64,000 bases of DNA from Malacoraja senta (lineage: Eukaryota): assembly GCA_038087875.1 (NCBI GenBank), contig CM075996.1, forward strand, positions 7,008,001-7,072,000, read 5' to 3'. This document shows, one piece after another, positions 10,871 through 23,999 of the stretch (position 1 is the first letter of the stretch; each line of letters starts with the position of its first letter). The notes below the pieces were generated by a model. That model searched no databases, had not been told where the DNA came from, and was given only the letters and a program-made list of their open reading frames with translations. The position numbers and the translations under genes are program-made.

Positions 10871-13708
10871 CTATTATCCAGATGTAGACAAACATCAAAT
10901 GGTGGAGTAGAGAGGGATCTATTTGTTCTCGTGCATCAATTACAATACAATCAGCAGGCAGGTACAGCAAGGACTGGAGACGTGGAATATGGAGATATTG
11001 TTGCAACAGTACAGGGTGTTGGTCGGTCGGTCGGTCTGTACCCGGAGTGCTGGGCATAGGTTTAGTGGCCTCCCTTCATTTAAGGAGAGATGTGCCAGTG
11101 TTGGAGGCTGTCCAGAAGAGGGTCACGAGGCCACCTCTGGGGATGAGAGAGCTGACCCCAGACAAACGGAGTCAGAAACCGGATCCGTGTTCCTTGGAGC
11201 TCAGGAGGTTGAGGTGTGAACACAATGAGACTGTTGAGATGTTTTCATAACTGGCAGAGTCTCAACGAGGGTTCGGTCAGTTAAATCCGAGAAGTGTTAG
11301 GATTTCTGGGCGGAACGGTGGCGCAGCGGTAGAGTTTCTGCCTTATTAAATGGGCTCCGGGACATCTTTCACTGATGGACCATCATAGCCGGGTGTCATG
11401 GCCGCATCTCAATGGAAATGTGGAGAAATGGAGTCCAACTCAGGGCAAACTGAAGATAGGGGCGGCACGGTGGCACAGCGGCAGAGTTGTTGCCGCACGA
11501 CACCAGAGACCCAGGTTCGATGTTGTCTATGGGTGCTGTCTGTACGGAGTTTGTACGTTCTCCCCGTGGGTTTGTAGGTTAATTGACTTGGTACAAGTGT
11601 AAACTGTCCCTAGTGTGTGTAGGATAGTGTTAATATGCAGGAAACATATGTTCGGCGCGGACTCGGTGGGCCTGTTTCTGCGCTGTATCTCTAAAGTATT
11701 GTGCAAGGCAAGCAAGACTTTATTTAAGAGCATCAAATACAGTGATCTCTGGGAACAATCTAATAGAATGTGTACTGAGCAAAGATGCATCTGTTCCCAA
11801 GTCTCAAGAAGGGTCTCGACCAGAAACGTCCCCCATTCCTTCTCTCCAGAGATGATGCCTGTCCTGCTGAATGACTCCAGCGTTTTGTGTCTAACTTTGG
11901 TTTAAACCAGCATCTGCAGTTCCTTCATACACACCTTCTACACCGAATTTCCCTTCGACGTTCACGGCGTCGCTTCGATTCACTTTTCCCACAGGAACTC
12001 GAGCCTTTTCCTCTTCACATGGTCCTACAACAATCATATACCCACCACCCTTTGGGTGAAGAAGTTGCTTCTCAGGTTCCTATTAAATGTTTCCCCTCTC
12101 ACCTTAAACACCTGAACCAGGTTCCTCTGGTTCTTGATTCCCCTACTCTATAAAAAGCTCAGTACATTCACCCTGTCTTGTCCCCCTCATTATCCGACAC
12201 ACCTCTAGAAGATCACTCCTCACCTGCGCTTTCATGTAGTCTAACTGTGCCAGATAATGTTCCTTTCTCCACCATCTTTAGTTCAGTTTAGAAATACAGC
12301 GCGGAAACAGGCCCTTCGGCTCACCTGAAGACAGAGAAATCAGTATTCATACCGCTGGGTTGCAAGCTGCCCAAGCGAAATACGAGGTGCTGTTCCTCCC
12401 AAGCTAAATAAGTTCAATGAGATCAAGGGCCAATACCTGTGCTTTATTGTTCTATGTTAAAGACAGTCAGTACCTGTGCTGGAATGGAGAGAGAAATTGC
12501 CAATGGTATAAACTGGTGCAGAGGGGGAGAGGGTGCAGAAGGCTGGTTGAGTGTTGCTTGTTTCCCTGGAGAGGATGTAAACCAACAGACAAGAGGAGAG
12601 AAGGGACGGAAAAAAACGAGGCAGCTGAAATAAAGGAGTATCTTGGGGGAGGGAGCATGTATGGTCAGAAGGCATCCTTTTTGCTATTAATTCGTTTTAA
12701 GTTTAGCGAAACAGCGCGGAAACGGCCCCTTTGGCCCACCGAGTCCGTGCCGACCAGCGATCCCCGCACACTAACACTATCCTACACACACTAGGGACAA
12801 TTTTACATTCATACCAAGCCAATTAGCCTACGAACATGTACGTCTTTGGGGACAGCACCCGTGGTCAGGATCGCACACGGGTCTCTGGCGCTCTACCGCT
12901 GCGCCACCATGCCGCCATTAATCATTATCAGTGTTGCCTCCTCAAATCATCTTGCTGCCAGCATCAGCACTAACCCAAATTAACAACAGGAACTAGGTTT
13001 CACAGTTGCATTTCCCCATATTAGATCAAAGTCTGTAATATAGAAATAATGATCACCCCCACACACAAAATAATCAAAACAAGAAGTTCTGTCTTGTTTG
13101 TTGAACAAAGAAGGACCCGGCGTGAGGGGACTGCCATGAGGATGGGGGGGGGGGGGGGAGATCCTGGCACGGGATACTTTGTAACCTTGTCGGTGCCCTT
13201 TATGTGGCCACTAGAGGATGTTTCCACCATTGGGAGAGTCCAGGACCAGAGGGCACAGCCTCAGAATCAAAGGACGTTCCTTTAGGAAGGAGACGAGGAG
13301 TTTCTTTAGTCAGAGGGTGGTGAATTTCTTTAGTCAGAGGGCCGTCAATGGATATTTATACGGCAGAGATACAGTTTCTTGATTAGTATGGGTGTCAGGG
13401 GTTATGGGGAGAAGGCAGGAGGACGGGGTTAGGAGGGAGAGATAGAACAGCCATGATTGAATGCTGGAGTAGACTTGATGGGCTGAATGGCCTAATTCTG
13501 CTCCTATCACTTATGATACTTTGCATACCTTGGGTACACAAAACAAAAGAATTTCACTGGGACTTGTCACGTGTGACAATAATGTGTTCATTTATTCATT
13601 CGTTCAAACCAGTCCTTGGTTATATTTCCCATGATTACATCTCGGGTCTTGTTAGTTCACAGCTCCATGAATACAGTGAGCGGAATGATCCGGAAATTCG
13701 CCCGTGAT

Positions 13709-13737
13709 TCAGTGGTACTTCCTCCAGCGGTCATGCT
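13709..13737 (-). CDS. atp5mf: ATP synthase subunit f, exon 4 (K-HDRWRKYH*)
   Basis: Branch-like ctaac, then tttttatttccccgtag acceptor. Ends in the conserved C-terminal RKYH-stop. The spliced CDS is 16+108+117+29=270 nt, or 89 aa. Confidence 0.95.
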
Positions 13738-16016
13738 CTACGGGGAAATAAAAACCAACAGGTTAGTCAACAAAATGTTGGCAACACAAACTGGCCATCA
13801 GCTAGGGTCACATTCGATTCACCTCTACCCCATTGAGGACATTGGACTTTGTCAACGGAACAATGCTGTGAACTACTGTATTTTGAGCACTCTGTATCCG
13901 CCCCATTGCTCTATCCGAAGAAGGGTCTCGACCCGAAAAGTCACCCATTCCTTCCCTCCAGAGATGCTGCCTGTCCCACTGAGTTACTCCAGCTTGTTGT
14001 GTCTACCTTTGATTTAAACCAGGAATCCGCGGTTCCTTCGTACATACCATTGCTCTATCTATTGTACTCTAGCTTGAACTGGTTGTGTAGGAAGGAACTG
14101 CAGATGCTGGTTTAAACCGAAGATAAGGTACAAACTGCTGAAGGAAGAAGGGTCTCGACCCAAAATGTCACCCATTCCTTCTCTCCAGAGATGCTGCCCG
14201 TTCCTCCAGCATTTTGTGTCTATGAACAGGTTGTACCTGTGTGTCGGTGTATTGGAGATAAACCAACTGGAGATATTCCAGCATCTCTGGAAAAAAGGAA
14301 TGGGTGACGTTTCAGGTCGAGACACTTCTTCAGACCCGAAACGTCACCTATTCCTTTTCTCATGACCCGCTGAGTTACTCCAGCTTTTTGTGTCTTAAAC
14401 TAGCATCTGCAGTTCCTTCCTACACATATGGTGTATTGGATATGGTGTATAAAGCTCTTCACTGTACCTCGGTACATGTGACAATAATAAACTTAAACCC
14501 AAACTATAAAACCCAACGAGATCATAGTCAAACCTATTTCTACATGGATAGAAAAGAAGCCATAAGGAATCAAGGACCTTGGAACAAAGAACCAGAGAAC
14601 ATATCCATAGAATATGGAACACAAGAACCATAGAACAGTACTACACAAGAACAGGCCCTTCGGCCCACAATGTCTGTGCCGAACATGATGCTGTACCCAA
14701 TTCTTATCTGCCTACACGTAGACAATAGGTGCAAGATTAGGCCATTCAACCCTTCGAGCCAGCACCGCCATTCACTGTGATCATCCATAATCAGTACCCC
14801 GTTTCTGCCTTCTCCCCATATTCCTTGACTCTGCTATCTTTAAGAGCTCTATCCAACTCTCTCTTGAAAGCATCCAGAGAATTGGCCTCCACTGCCCTCT
14901 TGAGGCAGAGAATTCCACAGATTCACAACTCTCTGGGTGAAAATGTTTTTCCTCATCTCCGGTCGAAATGGCTTACCCCTTATTCTCAAACAGTGGTTCC
15001 TGGTTCTGGACTCCCCCAACATCAGGAACATGTTTCCTGCCTCTAGCGTGTCCGATCCCTTAATAATCTTATATGTTTCAAAAAGATCCCTTCTCATCCT
15101 TCTAAATTCCAGAGTGTACAAGCCCAGTCGCTCCATTCTATCAACATAATCCATATCCCTCCATACATATGTGCCTATCCAAAAGTCTCTTAAAGGCCAC
15201 TATCCCGACTGCCTCAACCACCATCTCCAAGATAGGAAAGGTTTGACGCATATGGGTCAAACCCTTGCAGATGGAACTATCTTGGACGAGTTGTTTCCAT
15301 GCCCTGTGACTCCAACTTATCCCCAGCCAAAAGAGTTTTATTTTTCCTAATACCTGCCCCTAACCTGACACAGTTGGACAGCCGGAAACCAACTCATGTT
15401 CTATGTAGAGTAAACAGAGCACCCACTACATGGTTGGGGTGGGAGATCGCAACCTTCATGTGGTCCGCCCTGTTTCGACGAATGCCGGACTGGAAGGTTT
15501 GAGCTATAGGGAGAGATTGAGCAGGCTATGGTTTTATTCCTTGGGTTGCAGGACGATGAGGGATGACCTTATGGAGGTGTACAAAATCATGAGAGAAACA
15601 GATCAGGTAAATGCACAAAATCTTTTGTCCAGAGTAGGGGAATCGAGAACCAGAGGAGATAGGTTTAAGGTGATGGGAGAAAAAGAATAGGAATGCGAGG
15701 GGAAAGTTTTATTTTTACAGAAAGGGTGGTCAGTATATGGAAGCTGCTGGAGGAGGAAGATGAGGCAGATACTATCATAACATTTAAGAGACATTGTGAC
15801 AGGTACATGGATAGGATATAGGTTTGGAGGGTTATGCAGGTGGGACTAGTGTAGATGGGGCCTGTTGGTCGGCGTGGGCAAGTTGGGCTGCAGGGCTTGT
15901 TTCCACGCTGTATAACTAGATATATCACCAGATTGGACTATCAAGTCAGATAGTGTAGTCCACCATTCCATCAGACATTAACTTTCACTACCGGTCTACC
16001 GAAGGATTCCACTTAC

Positions 16017-16133
16017 TCAGGTGGTCGTACCCCCAGACGTAGCTGATGAGGACGTAACCAGCCAGCACCATGGCAACCCCACCAATGCCACCTCGCTTCA
16101 CGTTGATGTACTTGTTGTAGTACCGATTGTGGC
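16017..16133 (-). CDS. atp5mf: ATP synthase subunit f, exon 3 (GHNRYYNKYINVKRGGIGGVAMVLAGYVLISYVWGYDHL-K)
   Basis: ttccccacaatccag acceptor, 117 nt, A|gtaagt donor. Contains the RYYNKYINVK motif followed by the transmembrane helix. Confidence 0.96.
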
Positions 16134-16835
16134 CTGGATTGTGGGGAAGCAAAGAAACACCACAGACACATGTTACAAACAAGTCATTGCTGGCAGCTCA
16201 TTCACCCAACGTCAAACGTCCCATTATCGAGCAGAGCAGTCCCCCCCCCCTCCCCCAGTGACAGAAAATAAACCTTCCGCTGCACCTCCCCGCCTTTCCT
16301 CTTAATGCGCACACTTAAGTCACATTCAGTAGTTTAGAGATACAGTGCGGAAACAGACCCTTCGGCAACGACCAGCGATCACCCGCATACACACCAGGGG
16401 CAATTTACAGAAGTCAATTTACCTACAAACCCACACGAGTATGGGAGGAAACCGAAGCACCTGGAGATAACCCATGAGGTCACAGGGAAAATGTGTAAAC
16501 ACCATATAGACAGCACTCGTAGTCAGGATCGAACCCAGGCCTCAGCTGCTGTAAGGCAGTATCTCTACCGCTGCGCCACCGTGCCGCCCCACTCTGTGCA
16601 ATAGACTGTGTGTGTCTGCATGTTCTATTCCTCTCATGATTTTATACACCTCTATAAGATCACCTCTCATCCTCCTGCATTCTAAGGAATAGAGTCCCAG
16701 CCTGCTCAACTTCTCCCTATAGCTCAGACCCTCTAGTCCTGGCAACATCATCGTAAACCTTCTCTGTACCCATTTCCAGCTTGACAACATTTCTCTTATA
16801 GCATGGTGCCCAGAACTGAACACAATGTTCTAATT

Positions 16836-19800
16836 CAGCGGGTGCAGCAGCATCTATGGAGCGAAGGAAATAGGCAACGTTTCGGGCCAAAACCCTTCTT
16901 CAGACTGATAGGGGGTGGGGAGAAGAAAGGAAAAAAGGAAAAAAGGCGGAGGAGGAGCCCGAGGGCTGGGGGATGGGAGGAGACAACCAGAGGGCTGATG
17001 AAGGGGAGGGGACAGCAAGGGCTAGCAGAGTTGGGAGAATTCAATGTTCATGCCCCCAGGGTGTAGACTGCCCAAGCGGAATATGAGGTGCATTTCCTCC
17101 GATTTCCGGTGTTGCTCGCTGTGGCCATGGAGGAGACCCAGGACAGAGAGGTCAGATACGGAATGGGAGGGGGAGTTGAAGTGCTGAGCCACTGAAGTGC
17201 AGATTCCACTGCGAAATCTCCTCAAGGTATGCCTACTTTGAAGAAGTTCTCCTCCTCTCTCCGGAGACAGTTCCACAACCAACTCTCTAACTGCCCCATC
17301 TCTGTGATCCCCCCTGCCCTCCAACTCTACGACCACATCCTTACCCAAACTCGATACCACAGCCACATCTGCTTCCTCGGGGCATGCCTGCGCCTCCATC
17401 TCATACCTCATGGCTTCCAGCTCCAGTTCCCTACCTCCCAGTTCGGACTCCAGCCGGACTATCGGTACCGACTGGCTATCTACCGGCATACCCAACAATT
17501 CTCCACCCGGGCACTGAGATCCACTTTGACTGCGATGCGCCAACACCAGCAGGACCTCGCATTGACCCTCCCGGAACCTCGGGCCTCACTCACCGAGACC
17601 TGCAACGGACCTCAACTGTACTTTATCCGCCGGAAGATCCACCTCTTCAATAAAAGATTCCTGGCCCACCTCAACTCCACCAAGGACCTTAAATTAGCCC
17701 GCCTCCAGGCCGCTCCCACCGCCAACACTCCGCGACTCGACCGCCCGCAGGCTCCGGGCCCCAACTCTGGCCTGCATCGCCTGCCCGAGTCCCGCGACGC
17801 CATCTTGTCCACGGGGAGCGCCTCCAGTACTCACCAGGACGCCGCCTTCACCGACCTCCATGTCGATGCTGCCGCAGACCTTCACCTGCCCACCGATGAC
17901 GCCCAGCCTCGCCGCTTCTACGGTAACTTGGACTTCCTCCCCCTCGCCGATTCCTCCGAATCTCGCCGCCCCCCCGGGACCTCCTAACATCATCGCCGCA
18001 CCGGGCCCATCCAACATCGCCGTCGCACTGGACCCACCGAACATCACAGCCGCACCCGGTCCTCCTAACATCGCTGCCGCACTGGGCCCATCCAGCATCG
18101 ACGCCGGACCAGGCCTACTCTACACGGCCGCCGGACCGGGCCTACTCTGCACGGCCGCCGGACCGGGCCCATCCAGCATCACCGCCGGACCGGGCCCACT
18201 GAACATCGCCGCCGGACCGGGCCTACTCTACACGGCCGCCGAACCGGGCCTACTCTACACGGCCGCCGGACCGGGCCTACTCTACACGGCCGCCGAACCG
18301 GGCCTACTCTACACGGCCGCCGGACCGGGCCTACTCTACACGGCCGCCGGACCGGGCCTACTCTACACGGCCGCCGGACCGGGCCTACTCTACACGGCCG
18401 CCGGACCGGGCCTACTCTACACGGCCGCCGGACCGGGCCCATCCAGCATCACCGCCGGACCGGGCCCACTGAACATTGCCGCCGGACCGGGCCTACTCTA
18501 CACGGCCGCCGGACCGGGCCCACCGAACATCGCCGTCGCACTGGGCCCACCGAACATCGCCGCCGGACCGGGCCTACTCTACACGACCGGAGCTCCCCAA
18601 ACATGGCCGCCGCACTGCACCCTACTCACCTCGTCGACTCACCGGGTTGGTCGAACCGCGCCGCCCCACCGACCGTCCGCCCACCGGGACCTCCCACGCA
18701 TCGCCCGTGGACCCCGACTCTACTGCCCACGGACCCCGACCATCGGGTCCGCCGGCCCATGCCACCACAACGCCCTCCAGCCCCGCCGACCCTGACTCTA
18801 CGGCCCGTGGACTCCCACCATCGGGTCCACCGACCCACGCCACCACACCTCCCTCCAGCAGCCCGCAGCCGTCGCCTCACCTGCAGACTGGACTCTGTAC
18901 TGGGCCTGAAGCCTCCACGCTGCTCACTCCCACTCTCCTGGGTTTGACTCCACTGGGTCCTAGCGCTAGTCTGCCTAATCCTGGTTACCTCAGTGGCAGT
19001 TCCACTGATTCTTCCCCATCCTTCTCCAACTATGGGACCCCTTCTCTTCCCCACCCACTACAGCCCTCTCACCCCCCCACCCCCTGACCACCCACCACCC
19101 CCCCACCACACATCGCCTCGTCCCCATTCCACCCACCTGCCTTCCTCCGGCCCCGACCCCCATCCCTGCCGGGTGTTCACCATCCCCCCCCCGACCTCCC
19201 CCTCTCCGACATCGAACGGTCTGTCCTCAGCAGAGGTCTTACCTTTGTCCCCCTCCGTCCCCACCTCAATGAGTTCCGCGCCCTCCATGACTTGGAACGC
19301 TTCTACCGTCGCCTCCGCCTCACAGCGCACTTCCATGGGAAGGAGTCCTCGCCCCCCATTGATGACCCCTTTTCCCGTCTCCAATGCACCCCATCCTCAT
19401 GGAACCCCCCTCGTAGCCTTCCGGCTTTAGAACTCTTCATCAAAAACTGCCGCCGTGACATCAACCGCCTCAACTTCTCCACTCCCCTGTCTCACTCCAA
19501 TCTCTCCCCCCCTGAACACACTGCCATCGACTCACTCCGCAACAACCTAGATTGGGTTATCAAACCCGCCGACAAGGGAGGTGCCGTGGTAGTCTGGTGC
19601 GTCGATCTCTACAAAGCTGAGGCCACGCGCCAACTCTCGGACACCTCCTCCTACTTACCCCTGGACCATGACCCCACTGACGAGCACCAGGCCACCATCT
19701 CCAGCACCATCACCGACTTCATCCACTCCCACGCCCTGCCCGACCGAGCCTCCAACCTCATCGTTCCCCAGCCCCGCACGGCCCGATTTTACCTTCTCCC

Positions 19801-21591
19801 CAAAATCCACAAACCTGACTGTCCCGGTGGACCCATTGTCTCTGCCTGTTCGTGCCCCACCGAACTCATCTCCACCTACCTCGACTCCATCCTATCCCCC
19901 TTGGTTAAATCCCTCCCTACCTATGTTCAACACACCTCAGACACTCTCCGTCATCTCCGGGCATTCCATTCTCTAGGCCCTCACCCCCTCATCTTCACCA
20001 TGGACGTCCAGTCACTGTACACCTCCATCCCCCACCAGGATGGTCTCGAAGCCCTCCGGTTTTTCCTCGACCGAAGAAGCAACCTATACCCGGCCACTGA
20101 CACCCTCCTCCGCCTAGCGGAGCTGGTCCTTACCCTCAATAACTTATCATTTAACTCCTCCCATTTCCTCCAATACAAGGCGTAGCTATGGGCACACGCA
20201 TGGGCCCCAACTATGCCTGCCTCTTTGTCGGGTACGTAGAACAATCCTTGTTCAATGCGTACCAGGGCCCCATCCCCGACCTCTACCTCCGCTACATCGA
20301 TGATTGTTTTGGTGCCACATCCTGCACCCACACACAACTGACTGACTTCATCCGCTTCACCACCAACTTCCATCCGGCACTCAAATACACCTGGACCATA
20401 CCGACACTTCCCTACCATTCCTTGACCTCACCATCTCCATCGCAGGTGATAGACTCCTTACCGACATCCACTACCAACCTACCGACTCCCATGGCTATCT
20501 GGACTACACTTCTTCCCACCCTGCTTCCTGTAAGGACTCCATCCCCCACTCTCAATTCCTCCGTCTACGCCGCATCTGCACCCAGGATGAGGCGTTCCAC
20601 ACCAGGGCATCCGAAATGTCCTCATTCTTCAGGGAACGGGGGTTCCCCTCCTCCACCATAGATGAGGCTCGCACCGGGGTCTCTGCCATACCCCGCAACA
20701 CTGCTCTCTCTCCCCATCCCCCCACTCGCAACAAGGGCAGAGTCCCCCTAGTCCTCACCTTTCACCCCACCAGCCGTCACATACAACAAGTGATCCTCCG
20801 TCAGTTTCGCCACCTCCAACGTGACCCCACCAGTCGCCACATCTTCCCATCTCCCCCCATGTCTGCCTTCCGCAAAGACCGCTCCCTCCGTAACTCCCTG
20901 GTCAATTCATCCCTTCCCTCCCGTAACACCCCCTCCCCTGGTACTTTCCCTTGCAACTGCAAGAGATGCAACACTTGTCCCTTCACCTCCCCCCTCGATT
21001 CCATTCAAGGACCCAAGCAGTCGTTCCAGGAGCGACAGAGGTTCACCTGCACCACCTCCAACCTCATCTATTGCATTAGCTGCTCTAGATGTCAGCTGAT
21101 CTACATCGGTGAGACCAAGCGGAGGCTTGGCGATCGTTTCGCCGAACACCTCCGGTCGGTCCGCAATAACCTACCTGACCTCCCGGTGGCTCAGCACTTC
21201 AACTCCCCCTCCCATTCCGTATCTGACCTCTCTGTCCTGGGTCTCCTCCATGGCCACAGCGAGCAACACCGGAAATTGGAGGAGCAGCACCTCATATTCC
21301 GCTTGGTCAGTCTACACCCTGGGGGCATGAACATTGAATTCTCCCAACTCTGCTAGCCCTTGCTGTCCCCTCCCCTTCATCAGCCCTCTGGTTGTCTCCT
21401 CCCATCCCCCAGCCCTCGGGCTCCTCCTCCGCCTTTTTTCCTTTCTTCTCCCCACCCCCTATCAGTCTGAAGGAGGGTTTCGGCCTGAAACTTTGCCTAT
21501 TTCCTTCGCTCCATAGATGCTGCTGCACCCGCTGAGTTTCTCCAGCATTTTTGTGTACCTTCGATTTTCCAGCATCTGCAGTTCCTTCTTT
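16836..21591 (+). mobile_element. Penelope-like element (Neptune type), near full length, frameshifted, with inverted 5' copy of its 3' end; in atp5mf intron 2, antisense to the host gene
   Basis: N-terminal domain (17229-; HICFLGACLRLHLIPHG), RT (IKPADKGG, DVQSLYTSIP, AMGTRMGP, YIDD), Cys linker (CNCKRCNTC) and GIY-YIG endonuclease (LIYCISC...IYIGETKRRL..RF.EH, to 21356). 16836-17193 is the reverse complement of ~21185-21535. 17-bp TSD aacacaatgttctaatt at 16819-16835 and 21592-21608. Confidence 0.93.
18100..18590 (+). repeat. 27-bp GC-rich minisatellite inside the PLE (gccggaccgggcctactctacacggcc; AGPGLLYTA in one frame)
   Basis: Directly visible tandem units, with variant units (ccatccagcatcacc, ccactgaacatc). 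Confidence 0.9.
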
Positions 21592-22289
21592 AACACAATG
21601 TTCTAATTGCTGCCTCACCAACGTCTTATACAACTGCAACATTACCTCCCAACTTCTATACTCAATTAAGTTGGACTAGTGTGTAGTTCTATCCTACACA
21701 TTAGCGACAAATTATGAATGGGAGTGAGAAAAGAATACACGGTGGCATGCAGCTGCGATCATCTTAGTTTAGTTTAGTTTAAAGATACAGCGCGGAAACA
21801 GGCACTTTGGCCCACCAATTGCGACCAGTGATCCCAACACACTAACGCTATCCTACACACACTAGGGACAATTTTTACCAAGCCAATTAGCCTACAAACC
21901 TGTACGTTTTTGGAGTGTGTGGAGAAACCAACAATGTCGGAGAAAACCCACACAGGTCACAGGGAGAACGTACAAACTCCATACAGACAGCACCCGTAAT
22001 CGGGATCTAACCCGGGTCTCCAACGCTGTGAGGCAGCAACTCTACCTCTGCGCCACCGTGTCACCCCTTTAGACAAGCAAACTTTTTGTACACTACAATT
22101 TGCAAATAAGATTGACTCATCATTATACATAGAAACTAGGTGCAGGAGTAGGCCATTCAGCCATTCGACCCAGCACCGTATGATCATGGCTGATCATCCA
22201 CAATCAGTACCCCATTCCTGCTTTTTCCCCATATCCCTTGATTCCGTTAGCCCAAAGAAAAGAGAAAGAGCCCACATAGAAAGACTTAC

Positions 22290-22397
22290 CTCGTCGCAGA
22301 GCAGCCAGGACGCCGTTGGGCGTGAAGTCCCTAGCAACGACCCAGCGAGAGAGCTCGCCCAGCTTCACGTCCATGAGACGCTTCTCAGCGACTGGAA
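22290..22397 (-). CDS. atp5mf: ATP synthase subunit f, exon 2 (VPVAEKRLMDVKLGELSRWVVARDFTPNGVLAALRR-G)
   Basis: tttctgtgccggcag acceptor, 108 nt, G|gtaagt donor. Contains the conserved VKLGEL..W...RDF.P motif. Confidence 0.96.
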
Positions 22398-23442
22398 CTG
22401 CCGGCACAGAAACAAGTGGTCAAACATGCGGCGCAGCGGTAGAGTTGCTGCCTCACAGCGCCAGAGACCCAGGTTCGATCCTGACCTCGGGTGCTGCCTG
22501 TACGGAGTTTGTGCGTTCTCCTCGTGACCAAGTGGGTTTTCTCCGAGATCTTCGGTTTCCTCCCACACTCCAAAGACGTACAGGTTTGTAAGTTGTTAAA
22601 GAAGGAACTGCAGATGCTGGAAAATCGAAGGTACACAAAAATGCTGGAGAAACTCAGCGGGTGCAGCAGCACCCGCTGAGTTTCTCCAGCATTTTTGTGT
22701 ACCTTCAGGTTTGTAAGTTAAGTGGCTTGGTGTAAATGTAAATTGTCTCTAGTGTGCGTGGGATAATGTTAAAGTGTTGGGATCGTTGGTCGTTGTGGAC
22801 CCGGTGGACCGAAGGGCCTGTTTCCACGCTGTATCACTAAACCGCGCCAGAGGCAGGGGTCGTGAGGCATTAAAACCGCAAATGCTTCCTTTCTGACAGT
22901 TTCTCACCAGCTCGCCATCTCTCATTTATTCACTCAGCACTGGAGTCAACAGAGAATCATCCAGAGAGCAGTGGTGAACTATTATCTACCTCTTTGGTGA
23001 CCCTTGGATTATCCTTGATCAGACTTTGCTGGCTTAACCTGGCACTAAATGTTATTCCTTATCATGTATCCATAACCTTGCTTTCCCTTTCCCGGGGGTG
23101 GGGGGGGGGGCATTAGATGCCCAGCATTGAACCCCTACCCTGCCTGCCCAGCCAAGCATGCAAGACGGGGTGGTACGATCCCCATTCAATCTCTTTTCCA
23201 CCCACACAATTCCCGCCCACCTAGATGGGTTAAGATCCCCTTCATTATCTTTCCCGGGAAGGCGGGGGGGGGATTTGATACCCACCATTGACCACTACCC
23301 TCGCTGCCCAGTATTGACCCCTATCCTCCCTGCCTTGACACCTCCGCTCACTGCGCAGCCAACCACCTAAACCGGGGGGGGGGGGGGGTGTAAGTTCTCC
23401 TTCATTCCTTTTCTCTGGGGGGGCATTAGATACCCAGTATTG

Positions 23443-23960
23443 AGCCATGCCCTCGCTGCCCTTCATTGACCTCTATCCTCCCAGCATTGACCCATGCCCT
23501 CACTGCCCATCATTGACCTCTATCCTCCCAGCATTGACCCATGCCCTCACTGCCCATCATTGACCTCTATCCTCCCAGCATTGACCCATGCCCTCACTGC
23601 CCATCATTGACCTCTATCCTCCCAGCATTGACCCATGCCCTCGCTGCCCATCATTGACCTCTATCCTCCCAGCATTGACCACTACCCTCGCTGCCCATCA
23701 TTGACCTCTATCCTCCCAGCATTGACCCATGCCCTCGCTGCCCATCATTGACCTCTATCCTCCCAGCATTGACCCATGCCCTCACTGCCCATCATTGACC
23801 TCTATCCTCCCAGCATTGACCCATGCCCTCGCTGCCCATCATTGACCTCTATCCTCCCAGCATTGACCACTACCCTCGCTGCCCATCATTGACCTCTATC
23901 CTCCCAGCATTGACCCATGCCCTCGCTGCCCATCATTGACCCATGCCCTCGCTGCCCAGC
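23443..23960. repeat. 47-bp minisatellite, about 10-11 copies, atp5mf intron 1
   Basis: Unit cattgacctctatcctcccagcattgacccatgccctc(a/g)ctgcccat; period 47 (for example 23511 to 23558). Confidence 0.93.
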
Positions 23961-23999
23961 CAGCATGGGGGGTGACGGCTATCTCAGGGTGACCTTGGG

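Noticed and set aside
17860..18795. 311-aa Ala/Gly/Pro repeat ORF as an elastin- or collagen-like host gene
   Set aside because: It lies inside the TSD-bounded PLE and is produced by a 27-bp tandem repeat.
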